A DNA stretch of 64,000 nt, from positions 576,001 through 640,000 of the forward strand of contig CAVZJV010000014.1 in assembly GCA_963775685.1 (NCBI GenBank). Reading direction: 5' to 3'. Within the stretch, counting starts at the first letter, position 1, and each line of letters starts with the position of its first letter. The stretch comes from Candidatus Bathyarchaeota archaeon. Its GTDB lineage: Archaea; Thermoproteota; Bathyarchaeia; Bathyarchaeales; Bathycorpusculaceae. Made by a program: the position numbers and the translations under genes. Positions 8,981 through 18,346 of the stretch are shown one piece after another. The notes beneath the pieces are model-generated. The model had not been told where the DNA came from. It ran no database searches and was given only the letters and a program-made list of their open reading frames with translations.

Positions 8981-9349
8981 TCACGAACTTTGTGAGTCTG
9001 GGGTTTGGTCGTTTTCCTCGGATGGCGATGATAAAAAACGCTGCTCATCCATCTCGATGCCATTGACGTTATCGTAGATTTCCTGCAACTTTAGGCTAAG
9101 ACCATAGGGGAGGCGCCCTTGAACTATGAGGTCTTTGAAAAGAGGTTTTGAGGCGGGCTGGCTAACAAGTGACATCCAGAGGCATTCCCGGTTAACTTTG
9201 AGAATATCCGTTTTTGGAACTTTGCCCGCTGCATCCATATAGCTAACGAGTACCCGCTCGTATTCTCCCTGGGTAATTTGGCGGAATTCATAGTCGCCTA
9301 CAAATTGCTCGCCAAAACGCTTGTCGATTTTTACTTTTGCAGTCTCCAT
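8981..9349 (-). CDS. Tail assembly chaperone (gpG-like) with -1 slippery site
   Basis: Directly follows the tail tube gene; in-frame T TTT TTA at 9038-9032 near its 3' end. Confidence 0.75.
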   Translation of the reverse strand: METAKVKIDKRFGEQFVGDYEFRQITQGEYERVLVSYMDAAGKVPKTDILKVNRECLWMSLVSQPASKPLFKDLIVQGRLPYGLSLKLQEIYDNVNGIEMDEQRFLSSPSEENDQTPDSQSS

Positions 9350-9362
9350 TTTTAGATCACCA

Positions 9363-10241
9363 TTAACTTGCCGCTATGCTAAGCGGTCCTTTGGCGTCAA
9401 ACTGTGCCCTAACCGCGATTAGGTCATCAAGCCACTTCTCGCTGGTTATGTTGCCCCATTTGGCTGCCTCCATCTGGGCATACGCGGTACCGCCAAGCCC
9501 AAATCTGATGTTGAACTCTGTGTCGGCGAGGGCATTGTCCATCTCTGTTTTGCTCTCAAACTCAAAGCGGACTTCCCCGCTTAGTTGCCGATTGCCAAAA
9601 GGAATGTACTTGGCTAGATAGCCGTTAGTGCTGCGGATAACGGGCACTTGCTTGGGGTTGTTGTTTACGTCGAATTTCCAGCTTACAACCCGATCGTTTG
9701 CAGCTCCCCCAATGGTAACGTCGGTTTCGTTAAATGCCACTGCACCCGCATAATCCGTGTAAGTTGCATCAGTCAGTTTTGCCGTGCCCGTAGTGATGTT
9801 CTGGCCTACCATTTCCAGACTGGCTTTGAGAACATCATCAATTTCGCAGCTAACGCTTGCCTTGCCAATCCGCATGTAATTGTATAGCAGTGAAATGATG
9901 TCGGTTGCTGATGCCCAAGAGCCTTTATAGTATAATGCTTGAACGCTCAAGGTCTTATCCAGGTCTATCTTGGCGTATTGCAGCAGGTCGATTGGCGCTG
10001 CCGAGGGCACGATGTAGGCAACTTTGAGGGAGGGCACGCGAACGCCTTTTTTGATGGCAAAGAGGTCATAGTTTCCGCCGCTTCGCAGTAGCAGATTGCT
10101 TGGGTTAAAGCCTGGGTTGATTGATTCATGGGGTACTCCAAGCATTGCGGGCGTCACTGTTGGCGTTGTGCCTTTGGTTGTTTCCGCTATGTAGTAGATG
10201 CGTTCTTGGTCTGCGCTATAGGTTTCAACCATTCTTTCCAT
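9363..10241 (-). CDS. Major tail tube protein
   Basis: YIAETTKGTTP N-terminus, beta-rich 292 aa, positioned between terminator and chaperone genes. Confidence 0.75.
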   Translation of the reverse strand: MERMVETYSADQERIYYIAETTKGTTPTVTPAMLGVPHESINPGFNPSNLLLRSGGNYDLFAIKKGVRVPSLKVAYIVPSAAPIDLLQYAKIDLDKTLSVQALYYKGSWASATDIISLLYNYMRIGKASVSCEIDDVLKASLEMVGQNITTGTAKLTDATYTDYAGAVAFNETDVTIGGAANDRVVSWKFDVNNNPKQVPVIRSTNGYLAKYIPFGNRQLSGEVRFEFESKTEMDNALADTEFNIRFGLGGTAYAQMEAAKWGNITSEKWLDDLIAVRAQFDAKGPLSIAAS

Positions 10242-10248
10242 ACTCCCA

Positions 10249-11248
10249 TTAGCCTAAAGTTATGTCCTCAAAAGCCCAACCCTTCAAAACAAGCTCTGTC
10301 TTGAAGAGAAACGGCTTAACCTCAACAATGTCCATGGGCTTGTAGCTCACGACATCGCAGTTAGTGATTCCACGAACCTGAACGGTCAACTGCATAAAGT
10401 CACAGTAGACCACGGCTGGTGTTACGCCGTTGCTGGGATTTGTGGTTTTGGCAATCACCCAAACATACCCGTCAGAGTCCACGTAATCTGTCCAGTTCGC
10501 CGAAATCGTAATTGTCAGGGTTTCATCTGTGCCTGCAGTTCCATATTGCGCATACTGCCAAGCACCCGCCGACATGATTCCAAACCTTGACAGTTACACC
10601 GTTGCCACTGGGAGCGGTACCATAGCCTTCAAAACTCATCACTAAAGACTTGATGCATTGCTCTCTAGGCCCAACCTTGAACCTGAAAAGCATCAAGCCA
10701 TACTGATTGTTAACGGCTGCACTCTTAGAATAGCGGACATTGTCACTGTACCAAATGCCCTGATAACCCACAGCTGAAAGCTCAGCCCAAGCCGCAGCGG
10801 ACGGCGCCAACTCCGAGGCGGCACCCACAGCATACGCCTTATGCGGATCACCCGATGGATAGCCGAGCCCAGCAAAATTATAAGCCGTCTCATAGGGCAA
10901 GGTTCGGTTCTCGCGAATAATCGCTTTAATCTGCTCAGTAACCTTGTTCCGCATGACCCTGCCCACATCAGCACCAGGAGCAGTCTTATCGATAGAGTGA
11001 ACCGTGCACTTGAAGAAATGCACCAAACGCCTTTTGCTACCAGATAAGTTTAGCTTCTGGTCTTGAACGCCTAAAACAGGGTCAACTTGAAGAGTAATTT
11101 GGGCGTCATACTCTTTGAGCAGCATTTCGCGGTCAAACGCTGCCTCCGTAGCCAACAACTTTGCAGCATCCCCGTTATCTTTGGTTACTCGAATTCGACT
11201 ATTAATCAGCCTTAGCAAGGTAGCTACGGGATCTTCTAACTCACTCAA
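10249..11248 (-). pseudogene. Tail terminator-like protein with inserted beta domain, frameshifted near 10569
   Basis: ORFs 10523..11248 and 10249..10575 join (WNHV-AGAWQY, 332 aa) on removal of one G. Confidence 0.55.
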
Positions 11249-12869
11249 CTAGTAAGCAACCTCCTTGCCATGCTCTTGAAGTAAAGCCGCTGATTACCAA
11301 AAGTAGAAGGGGACACAGTTTGCACCTCGTAATCCTCGCCTTGACGCCTGATCTTGTCGTGACTGCGCACGGGCAGAAACGTGTAGAACGCCAAATAGTC
11401 ATTGATGTAGTACCCAGGCTCTATGAGGACCTGTTCAGCTTTGAGCTGAGAAAATAGGGCGAGCAACTCAAGAGGATCGCCGTAATCAACGGTTTCCACA
11501 GCTTGGCGCACTGGATAAAGCAGAACCGCTTCACCCTTACTCTTAAGAATCCTCATAAATTGGGTTGCAGGCTCTTGATAGTTTAGAAACATCCGGGCGA
11601 TCCAGCTTACATTCGCCATAGCTTTGGCAGGCGTAATCGGAATATAGTCCGTGAAGATTGGACCCCAATTCATGAATTCATCAGCGTACTTCTCAGCAAT
11701 GTCGTGGGCTAACTTGTAGCCTGGAGGGTCGCGGTCTTTGCGGATTTTCCACAAAATCCCAATGGTGACGCCGTCATAATAGCTGCAGGCGGGAAACCTT
11801 GAAACCACGTCTATGTAGCCGGGCCAGCAAACATCAGGAACATAGGCGGGATACTGACCGCTTGCCTTGATACTCTGCACACCGTTATAGACACGTTGGC
11901 AACTAGCCGTCCATCCCTCATAAGTGTACAAGCCCAGCAGGGCAAAACTTATCGGGTCATCATAAACCTCGGTGTTGTTCAAGCCGACCCGGTGCCAAGC
12001 GCCATCCCCAGAGGGCAACGGATAGAAATAAAGCCAAAGCCCCTCCAAACCGTCCCGAAGGAAAGCAACCGCGTCACTCATCACGCCGTTGTAGGTTGGA
12101 GCGTTTGCGGTGTCGTAGGTGTCGGCGAGCATCTTTAAGCCTATGAGGCAATAGAGATTCTCGACATACATCGACGCCTCCCAGCCGTCACCGATGGTAA
12201 CATAGGAAGCAAAGCCGCCATAGTAGCAGTCATGCAAACCCAAAACCACCGGCAAACGTTGCATGTTATACAGGAAAGGATAGCCAGCCAACTTTGCCGC
12301 ATCCAAGTATGCAGCCGTTGACGTCACGGCATAAGCCTTCAGCAGTGCAGGAATAGCTCTGCCAGCGTCAATACTCCAATAATCAGTCGATGACTCCCCG
12401 CTTTTGAAGCCGCCATACGCAGTCCTCGCAGGGTCGATGCATTGCTGTGTCAGCAGCCAATCAGCCAAAGCCACAATCTTGGCGAGGATATCTGCTTTTT
12501 ACCGCTTGAAAATTGAGGCGCCGAGTAGGCTTCACAGAGAAACTCGATGGCAAAAGCAGCGGCAAAAGTACCACGACCAAACGCAGGATCAGGACCCTCC
12601 ACAACCCAGTCCTTTGAAACAAAGTAGCTGTTGGCTAGATTACTCTTGAGTGTTAAAACGTTTCCAAGTACGCTTTCAACTTCGCACCATTCGCTATAAG
12701 CAGAATCTTTGATTTCAACAGGAAAATCCGCTTGAAACTTCGAACCATCCGCGACAGTTACGTTTCTCTGCCCAGCAGCCGCATCCACAGCCAAGTTAGT
12801 GGGAACCACATAATAGTAGGGGGCGTAATGCATCACAAACTGAAAATACGCATCAGGAACCGTACCCAT
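11245..12869 (-). pseudogene. Alpha/alpha-barrel-like domain fused to a head-closure (stopper)-like C-terminal domain, frameshifted near 12496-12503
   Basis: ORFs 12450..12887 and 11245..12474 join as ...QFSS.KADILAKIVALADWLLTQQ; C-terminal DKIRRQGEDYEVQTV resembles head-closure proteins. Confidence 0.55.
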
Positions 12870-12873
12870 AATG

Positions 12874-13233
12874 CTAAGCCTCCACAATTTTGGGCGGCTT
12901 TAGCTTTAACTTGTGGAGTAGACGGGAAAACTCGCCTTCAAGCACATCTAGGCTTGGCACCCTCAAAGATTGATTAACGTTAAGGTCGCCTACTTGAAAG
13001 TTCAAGCCCATCGCTGAACCTCCAGTCAAAAAGCAGATGCCATAAACCGCAGCTAAGAGTGTAATGGCTTCTTTTTGGGCATCAGTGCAGTCTGCGTAGT
13101 CTATCTCAACAAAAAGCTCAAGGCTCAAAGTTACCGCTGCCCTTTTAAGCATCTTTGCAACTTTGGCATCACTAATCTCTGAGGAAGTAACATTTAGTAC
13201 GTCGCGGACATCGTCAGGACAAACAGAAACCAA
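12874..13233 (-). CDS. Head-tail adaptor (gp6/gp15-like)
   Basis: VCPDDVRDVLNV start, helical 119 aa, first viral gene after the capsid gene. Confidence 0.65.
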   Translation of the reverse strand: MVSVCPDDVRDVLNVTSSEISDAKVAKMLKRAAVTLSLELFVEIDYADCTDAQKEAITLLAAVYGICFLTGGSAMGLNFQVGDLNVNQSLRVPSLDVLEGEFSRLLHKLKLKPPKIVEA

Positions 13234-13272
13234 GCATATTACCTCTAAATCTTGAATAAAGGAAAAAGATTG

Positions 13273-13295
13273 TTTAGGTGCAGATTTTTGTGATA
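13273..13295. repeat. 23-bp direct repeat, copy 1 (orphan copy of capsid gene 3' end)
   Basis: TTTAGGTGCAGATTTTTGTGATA is identical to 14049-14071. Confidence 0.9.
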
Positions 13296-13356
13296 ACGCG
13301 GGCTTTTCCTTTTTCTAGTAACTTTTATAACATTTAAAAGTTCATAAACTAAAACA

Positions 13357-14022
13357 ATGCAGAAACATTCAACCAATAGATTGGGTTATCTGCCAATAGC
13401 TATAGGTCTCTCACTGATTATTTTTGCAGCGCTGCTCTTGTTTCTCCAAGTGTGTTTGAATGATGTATTATCAGGATCAAGTCAAGCATATGCGAAAAGA
13501 TTTGACTTTTGGCTATTCTGGGCACCGATTATAACTATCTCATTAATTGTGGGATCACTTTTCGCAGTACTTGGAATAGCGATTCTAAAAAGGATAAAAA
13601 GCAAGTTATCCTATTTGCTGATTACTGCAGGATTTGTTTTAATCTCTATCAATGCTTACCAATTATTTTTTACTTTTATAATACCAGGCATCAATTCGAT
13701 AGGTTTGTCTAATTTAGACAGCGTCACTTTCTTTTCTTTATTGATGGCTGGATTGTTTCTTGAGTTGCTGGGAGTAATCTTTGGTTTATCAGTAGGAAAT
13801 CGACTTAGTTCGGCATCCTTGACTGGCGGGTTTGTATTAATCCTTATGGGAATTTTCTTTTTGATTTTTGATGTTGCGATTACCCTTAGTATTGATCCTC
13901 AAGGTGGTTTTGGCGCTTTCAGGTGGTTCTATTTCTGGCAAAATTTCCACCCATTAATTCCATTTTCATTAATAATTGGCATCGTTCTCATTCTCATTGC
14001 TGCTTACAAACGCAAACACTAA
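13357..14022 (+). CDS. Multi-pass (about 6 TM) membrane protein, moron
   Basis: Highly hydrophobic, AT-rich, opposite strand to the virion genes, TTTATAA-like box upstream. Confidence 0.75.
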   Translation: MQKHSTNRLGYLPIAIGLSLIIFAALLLFLQVCLNDVLSGSSQAYAKRFDFWLFWAPIITISLIVGSLFAVLGIAILKRIKSKLSYLLITAGFVLISINAYQLFFTFIIPGINSIGLSNLDSVTFFSLLMAGLFLELLGVIFGLSVGNRLSSASLTGGFVLILMGIFFLIFDVAITLSIDPQGGFGAFRWFYFWQNFHPLIPFSLIIGIVLILIAAYKRKH

Positions 14023-14048
14023 AAAAATTAACCTCAAAAAGGAGAGGT

Positions 14049-14071
14049 TTTAGGTGCAGATTTTTGTGATA
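14049..14071. repeat. 23-bp direct repeat, copy 2 (capsid gene 3' end)
   Basis: Encodes ITKICT* on the minus strand. Confidence 0.9.
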
Positions 14072-15004
14072 GCGTCTTGTATGACGACTTTGGGTTCTTG
14101 CCATTTGCGGATGATGTAGCCGTCAAAGCCCTTGGCTTCGTCTCTGTACTGCGCTGCCATCGTTGGACCTTCACCGAAAACCAAGCCTGGAGCAACTGAA
14201 CTGCCAATTAGTGGACCATGAGTGCCATCTGGAGTTTCTGTCAATGCAAAGTCAGTGACAACCTTGACAGTTGGGTAACCTGGCAAGCTGAAGTTGCCGC
14301 CGTTTGGACCCAAACTCGCAATGCCAGCATGAACCAATTCTCTGACATGAGTGTTGCGGATAAATTTGCTGTAGATCGTTGGGTGTAGTGCCATGAAGTC
14401 AACAGGCCAGCCTTTTGCTTGGATGTAATCGATGGCGGGAATGATAGCGTCAAAGGGATCGTTTGTGCTTATGCCGCTTGTCTTTGCTGCCCAATCCACG
14501 TATGGGGTGCTGGATGTTTTTTCTGTGCATGCTTCGGCTATGTCTTTGATGTCGAGGTTTTCCATGCGACCTAGATCTCTGCCAGCAGCTTCAGTTTGAA
14601 GTTGCAGGATGTTATGCGCTGATTTCATGCCTGCCTCATCGGCGACTGCAACATGCACTACGTTTTTCCATAGGTCAAAGTTGACGGGTGCGAATGCGTC
14701 TTTGCTGATTTCGGCTTCCTGCATCGGTTTGACTTTGCGTTGACCCGGTTGATTTGGTTGCGATGTCTATGCGTTCTTGCAGGTTATCCATCTGGATAGT
14801 GCGGCAGATCGAGCGCAGGTTATAGTTGGGCCATGCGTAGCCTAAGACTTGCTCTAGGATTGTTACGGCTTCGACTGCTTCAACATCGCTTGGGGAAACG
14901 ATTCCGCCTGCCGTTAAGCTTGCGTTTCTTCCACGTTCGGAGTAGTTTGCTTTGTAGAATTTGCCGTCTACAGCGGATTTAAAGACCCGAATTGGATGAG
15001 ACAT
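14050..15004 (-). pseudogene. Major capsid protein (HK97 fold), frameshifted at 14744-14746
   Basis: ORFs 14675..15004 and 14050..14724 join (KSTG-QRKVKPMQEAEI, 317 aa) on removal of one G; DFMALHPTIY motif; position after protease and decoration genes. Confidence 0.75.
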
Positions 15005-15005
15005 A

Positions 15006-15470
15006 CTAGAAGACTCCTAACCACATCTTCTGTGTGGTATCTGCGTCGGCTGAGGTTTCGTAGGCTGTTCCTATCTTGCCTAAGTTTGTGTCTATGGCTG
15101 TTTGGTCGGTTGCGGTAGCGAAAGTGTTTGCTTGGGAGACTGTGCCCTTGACGAATTTGGTGCATTCTCCTGCTGTTGCGGAAATCATGATTTTATCGCC
15201 TTTTCTTGCTAAGCCGGAGCCTGCGACTTTTGCGCATTCAACCAAGCCCACTACGGTTACGCTGATGTCGTGGTCTGTTTCCTCGCTATAGTCGTGATCT
15301 TCGTTTGCCATAACAACCTTGGCTACTGCAGCTAAGGCAGCGGTTGCCAAAACTAAGCCTGCTCCATCGTCAGCGTAGAGTTTACCCTTTACCGCGTCGG
15401 TGTTGCTCTTCATGGTCATTTTTTCAACGACAAGAAGAGCTGATTTGAGTCCATAATCTCCTAACGTCAT
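15006..15470 (-). CDS. Capsid decoration/cement-like protein
   Basis: ISVTVVGLVE...GDKIMIS...KIGTAYE pattern like DUF2190/gpD-type proteins; lies between scaffold and capsid genes. Confidence 0.6.
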   Translation of the reverse strand: MTLGDYGLKSALLVVEKMTMKSNTDAVKGKLYADDGAGLVLATAALAAVAKVVMANEDHDYSEETDHDISVTVVGLVECAKVAGSGLARKGDKIMISATAGECTKFVKGTVSQANTFATATDQTAIDTNLGKIGTAYETSADADTTQKMWLGVF

Positions 15471-16526
15471 TTATTTTTTCTCCTGTTTTTTTATTTCGGG
15501 CAAGCCCAGCTCTGCTCTTTTAGCTGCGACTGCAGCTGCAAGCTCATCTTCCTCACCCGCTTGATACTTGTTCTTGGGGGATTGATGCCCTTGAGTAGAA
15601 ACAACTTTAACGATTTTCCCAGCCTCAAATGTGAAAAGCTTAAGATTCTTATCATCTAACGCAGCAAGCATCTCTCGATCTGCTTTCTCTTCGCCTGCAA
15701 TACCAGCTTCGACACGTGCCTTGTAGGCTTGCTCTACCAGGCTAGCGTGTTTTTCATCTTTGATTGCTTTGAGTTCTGCACTGAGCTCATTGACTTTAAT
15801 CGCGTTGGCTGATGCGTCGTCTTGTGCTTTCTTGAGGTCAGCTTCGGCTTTGGTTGCCCTCTGCTCAAGTGCCGCTATTTTTTCATTTTCTTTCTCTTGT
15901 TTTTCGGACACTTTATTTTGCTCCTGTAAGATTGGAGACCGTGAATTGTTGTAGACGCTTGCCAGAAGCGTAAGAGATACACTCTTATCCTCTCGTTTGG
16001 AGGCAAAATTCATGAAGCCGGCTTGCGGATACGCTGGCACATCGACAAAATCGAATCGGTGAAACTCGAACGATTGCACTTCTGAGAACGCTTTATTCTC
16101 TGCTATGCAGTGGTGATTTTCCCAGTTAGCATCTAAAACTTCACCGCAAACGCTGCAAGTATCGTAGTAGGGAAGGATGACAGAACTAATCGGTCCTAAC
16201 TCGCCAACTTCTAGCATCGTTAGGGCTTTGTCATCGGTTATGTCGACGGTGCCCAATGCATAGTTGCCCTTATTCTCAAAAGCCGAGAACAACCCCACAT
16301 TCATGCTTTCCTCGTCTGCAAAATGCCCCAGCTTATAGTCCTTGCCCATGCCCAGGGGCTTCTTTAGCAGCGACGGCAAAGCCTCATCGAGCGCTTTCTG
16401 CGTGACTCCCCAGCGATTACGATTTCGGCTAGTATTCATCAAGTAGAACACCGCCTTCTTGTTGGCAGCATCAAGGCGATGCAAACCCGCAATGAAGACT
16501 AGCTCATGGCTATGGTGTTTAGACAA
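15471..16526 (-). CDS. Prohead protease-scaffold fusion
   Basis: NRNRWG, CSVCG and DFVDVPAY protease-type motifs; coiled-coil C-terminal half. Confidence 0.72.
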   Translation of the reverse strand: MSKHHSHELVFIAGLHRLDAANKKAVFYLMNTSRNRNRWGVTQKALDEALPSLLKKPLGMGKDYKLGHFADEESMNVGLFSAFENKGNYALGTVDITDDKALTMLEVGELGPISSVILPYYDTCSVCGEVLDANWENHHCIAENKAFSEVQSFEFHRFDFVDVPAYPQAGFMNFASKREDKSVSLTLLASVYNNSRSPILQEQNKVSEKQEKENEKIAALEQRATKAEADLKKAQDDASANAIKVNELSAELKAIKDEKHASLVEQAYKARVEAGIAGEEKADREMLAALDDKNLKLFTFEAGKIVKVVSTQGHQSPKNKYQAGEEDELAAAVAAKRAELGLPEIKKQEKK

Positions 16527-16556
16527 GCAATTTTACCTCTTGTAGTATGAAATCTG

Positions 16557-16916
16557 TTAAGCTGAGACCCGAATCAGAAGGCACTCACAATGCGGATGGA
16601 CATTGGGATTAATCGTGTTCTCATCAATAATTCGAAGATACGGAAACTCGTAGCGAAGGCTATCTCCGTAGAAGACTTCACCATCATTGCCCAAACAGTT
16701 CTCACAAAGTTTCGGATTGCCAGATTTAACGTACAGCCAGCGATCATCAGCGCCAAAGAAAGTAAATCCCCTAAATTCCTCAGGGATCCGCTTGAAAGCC
16801 TCAAGGACCTCTACGGCATCAACTGTGCTGATGAGCTGCAGGCAATCGGCGACGGATAACGTATTCCTCATATTTGCCCTCCTCATCTTCGCCCTTAACA
16901 ACTGACGCTTTGCCAA
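16557..16916 (-). CDS. Minor head protein (SPP1 gp7/Mu F C-terminal-like)
   Basis: LCENC and HPHCECLL motifs; start codon uncertain (overlaps portal). Confidence 0.65.
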   Translation of the reverse strand: MAKRQLLRAKMRRANMRNTLSVADCLQLISTVDAVEVLEAFKRIPEEFRGFTFFGADDRWLYVKSGNPKLCENCLGNDGEVFYGDSLRYEFPYLRIIDENTINPNVHPHCECLLIRVSA

Positions 16917-18198
16917 GCGGTTGAGACTTTTCTTTTGCCTTAAGCAACTCTTGGTCCCAATTCATCATCTCAAAAGCAATCTCTGGGAACTCAGCCAAGA
17001 CTCCGCTACCGTTACCGTAAAGACTTGCAACCGCTGCCGCCATGGCATAAATGTCAGAGGCCTTAACTGGCTTGAAATTCTGCTTGACCTTGACCGGAAG
17101 AGCAACTCCTTTAGCAATTTTCTCCCCGTTCTCTTCCATAGCAAGCCTCGCCAGCCGATCATACCACATGTCGCATTCGAGGGCTCGCTTGAAGTAACGC
17201 TGGTTGGGCTTGATAACCCCCTCAACATAGGCTTCAAACTCAACATAAGCAGTTGCCCTGTTCTCCGGAGTCTTGTTAATCAAAAACCGAGGCGTACCAT
17301 ACGCTCGGATAACCCCTTCCTCAAGCTTATCCATCAACTGCACAAGCCCTCCTAAATTAATGCGAAACTCAACCACTTGGGCAGTCACAGACTTGTTGAT
17401 CGCAGTGCTCTTGCCGGCTTCAGCGATCTTTGCCAGATCTTTTAGAAAAGCGGTCTCGTCATCATCCGCCATATCGGCGGTGTCAGCTTCAAGTAGAGTG
17501 TAGGGTGCCCAAAGTCTACGGGTAATCTCGGGGAAATCTTTGTCGAGCAAGTAATTTCTTGCTTTGCAGGTTGAACGGATAGGTTCAACGTCGCTTAGCC
17601 CTAAGAAATCATTTTCAAGCTGTGTGTTAACAAAATATAAGACTTCATCGATGTTGTAGCCTTCTTTGATGCCGGTGTATTTGAAGCCTGTGAGTTCCCA
17701 ATCCTTGTTCTTTTTAGGAGTTAATTTTGGGCTCTGAAGACTAATGAGGTATGCGGGGGTTTTGCCGTCGGTTTTAAAGACGATCTCAAACCCGCATTTG
17801 CCAAAGATGCTACGTTTTATTTGGGCTACAAAAAGAACCTGGTCAAAGTTTACTGCTTTGTTAACTGCGTCGACATAATCCTTGACGTACTGATATTTCT
17901 CTAAGAAGGCTTTCTTCTCGTCCTTATCCGCTAAAGGGGTTGTTGGCTCAAGAGTGGTCTCGAATCCTGCTGCCAAAGCAGTAAAACAAGCATTAATGAC
18001 GGTGCATCTGCGTACGAGCTCGTCTTGGCGGAACCAACGATAATCCTTGTCCATGCTTGAATAGTTCTCGCTATCTGTCGGGGTGTAGGAGACTCCGAAG
18101 TCACCCTTACCTATCTTGGGAGAACTGGCTGCGCTGCCGTAAACTAGCACTTTAGCGTAATGCGACAACCCCTTCCAGCTATATTTCTTCTCATTCAA
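16819..18198 (-). CDS. Portal protein
   Basis: Follows TerL; SIFGKCGFEI, FLGLSDVEPI, RAYGTPRFLI and NRATAYVE portal-like motifs. Confidence 0.82.
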   Translation of the reverse strand: MNEKKYSWKGLSHYAKVLVYGSAASSPKIGKGDFGVSYTPTDSENYSSMDKDYRWFRQDELVRRCTVINACFTALAAGFETTLEPTTPLADKDEKKAFLEKYQYVKDYVDAVNKAVNFDQVLFVAQIKRSIFGKCGFEIVFKTDGKTPAYLISLQSPKLTPKKNKDWELTGFKYTGIKEGYNIDEVLYFVNTQLENDFLGLSDVEPIRSTCKARNYLLDKDFPEITRRLWAPYTLLEADTADMADDDETAFLKDLAKIAEAGKSTAINKSVTAQVVEFRINLGGLVQLMDKLEEGVIRAYGTPRFLINKTPENRATAYVEFEAYVEGVIKPNQRYFKRALECDMWYDRLARLAMEENGEKIAKGVALPVKVKQNFKPVKASDIYAMAAAVASLYGNGSGVLAEFPEIAFEMMNWDQELLKAKEKSQPLGKASVVKGEDEEGKYEEYVIRRRLPAAHQHS

Positions 18199-18205
18199 AG
18201 ATGTT

Positions 18206-18346
18206 CTACCGATCCGATGCAGTACTTATCACTCTAATTGTGCCTCGCTTCTGGAGGTCCTTAAACTCCGGGTCAAAATCGGCAAAGCGATCCGCGCTTT
18301 CAGCTCTGTTTTTGCTTGCATAGATTTTTCCTAAACGTTTCTTCAT
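18206..18346 (-). CDS. Small hypothetical protein (46 aa), absent from the ORF track
   Basis: ATGA overlap with the TerL stop; MKKRLGKIYASKNRAESADRFADFDPEFKDLQKRG...; fills the TerL-portal gap. Confidence 0.5.
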   Translation of the reverse strand: MKKRLGKIYASKNRAESADRFADFDPEFKDLQKRGTIRVISTASDR

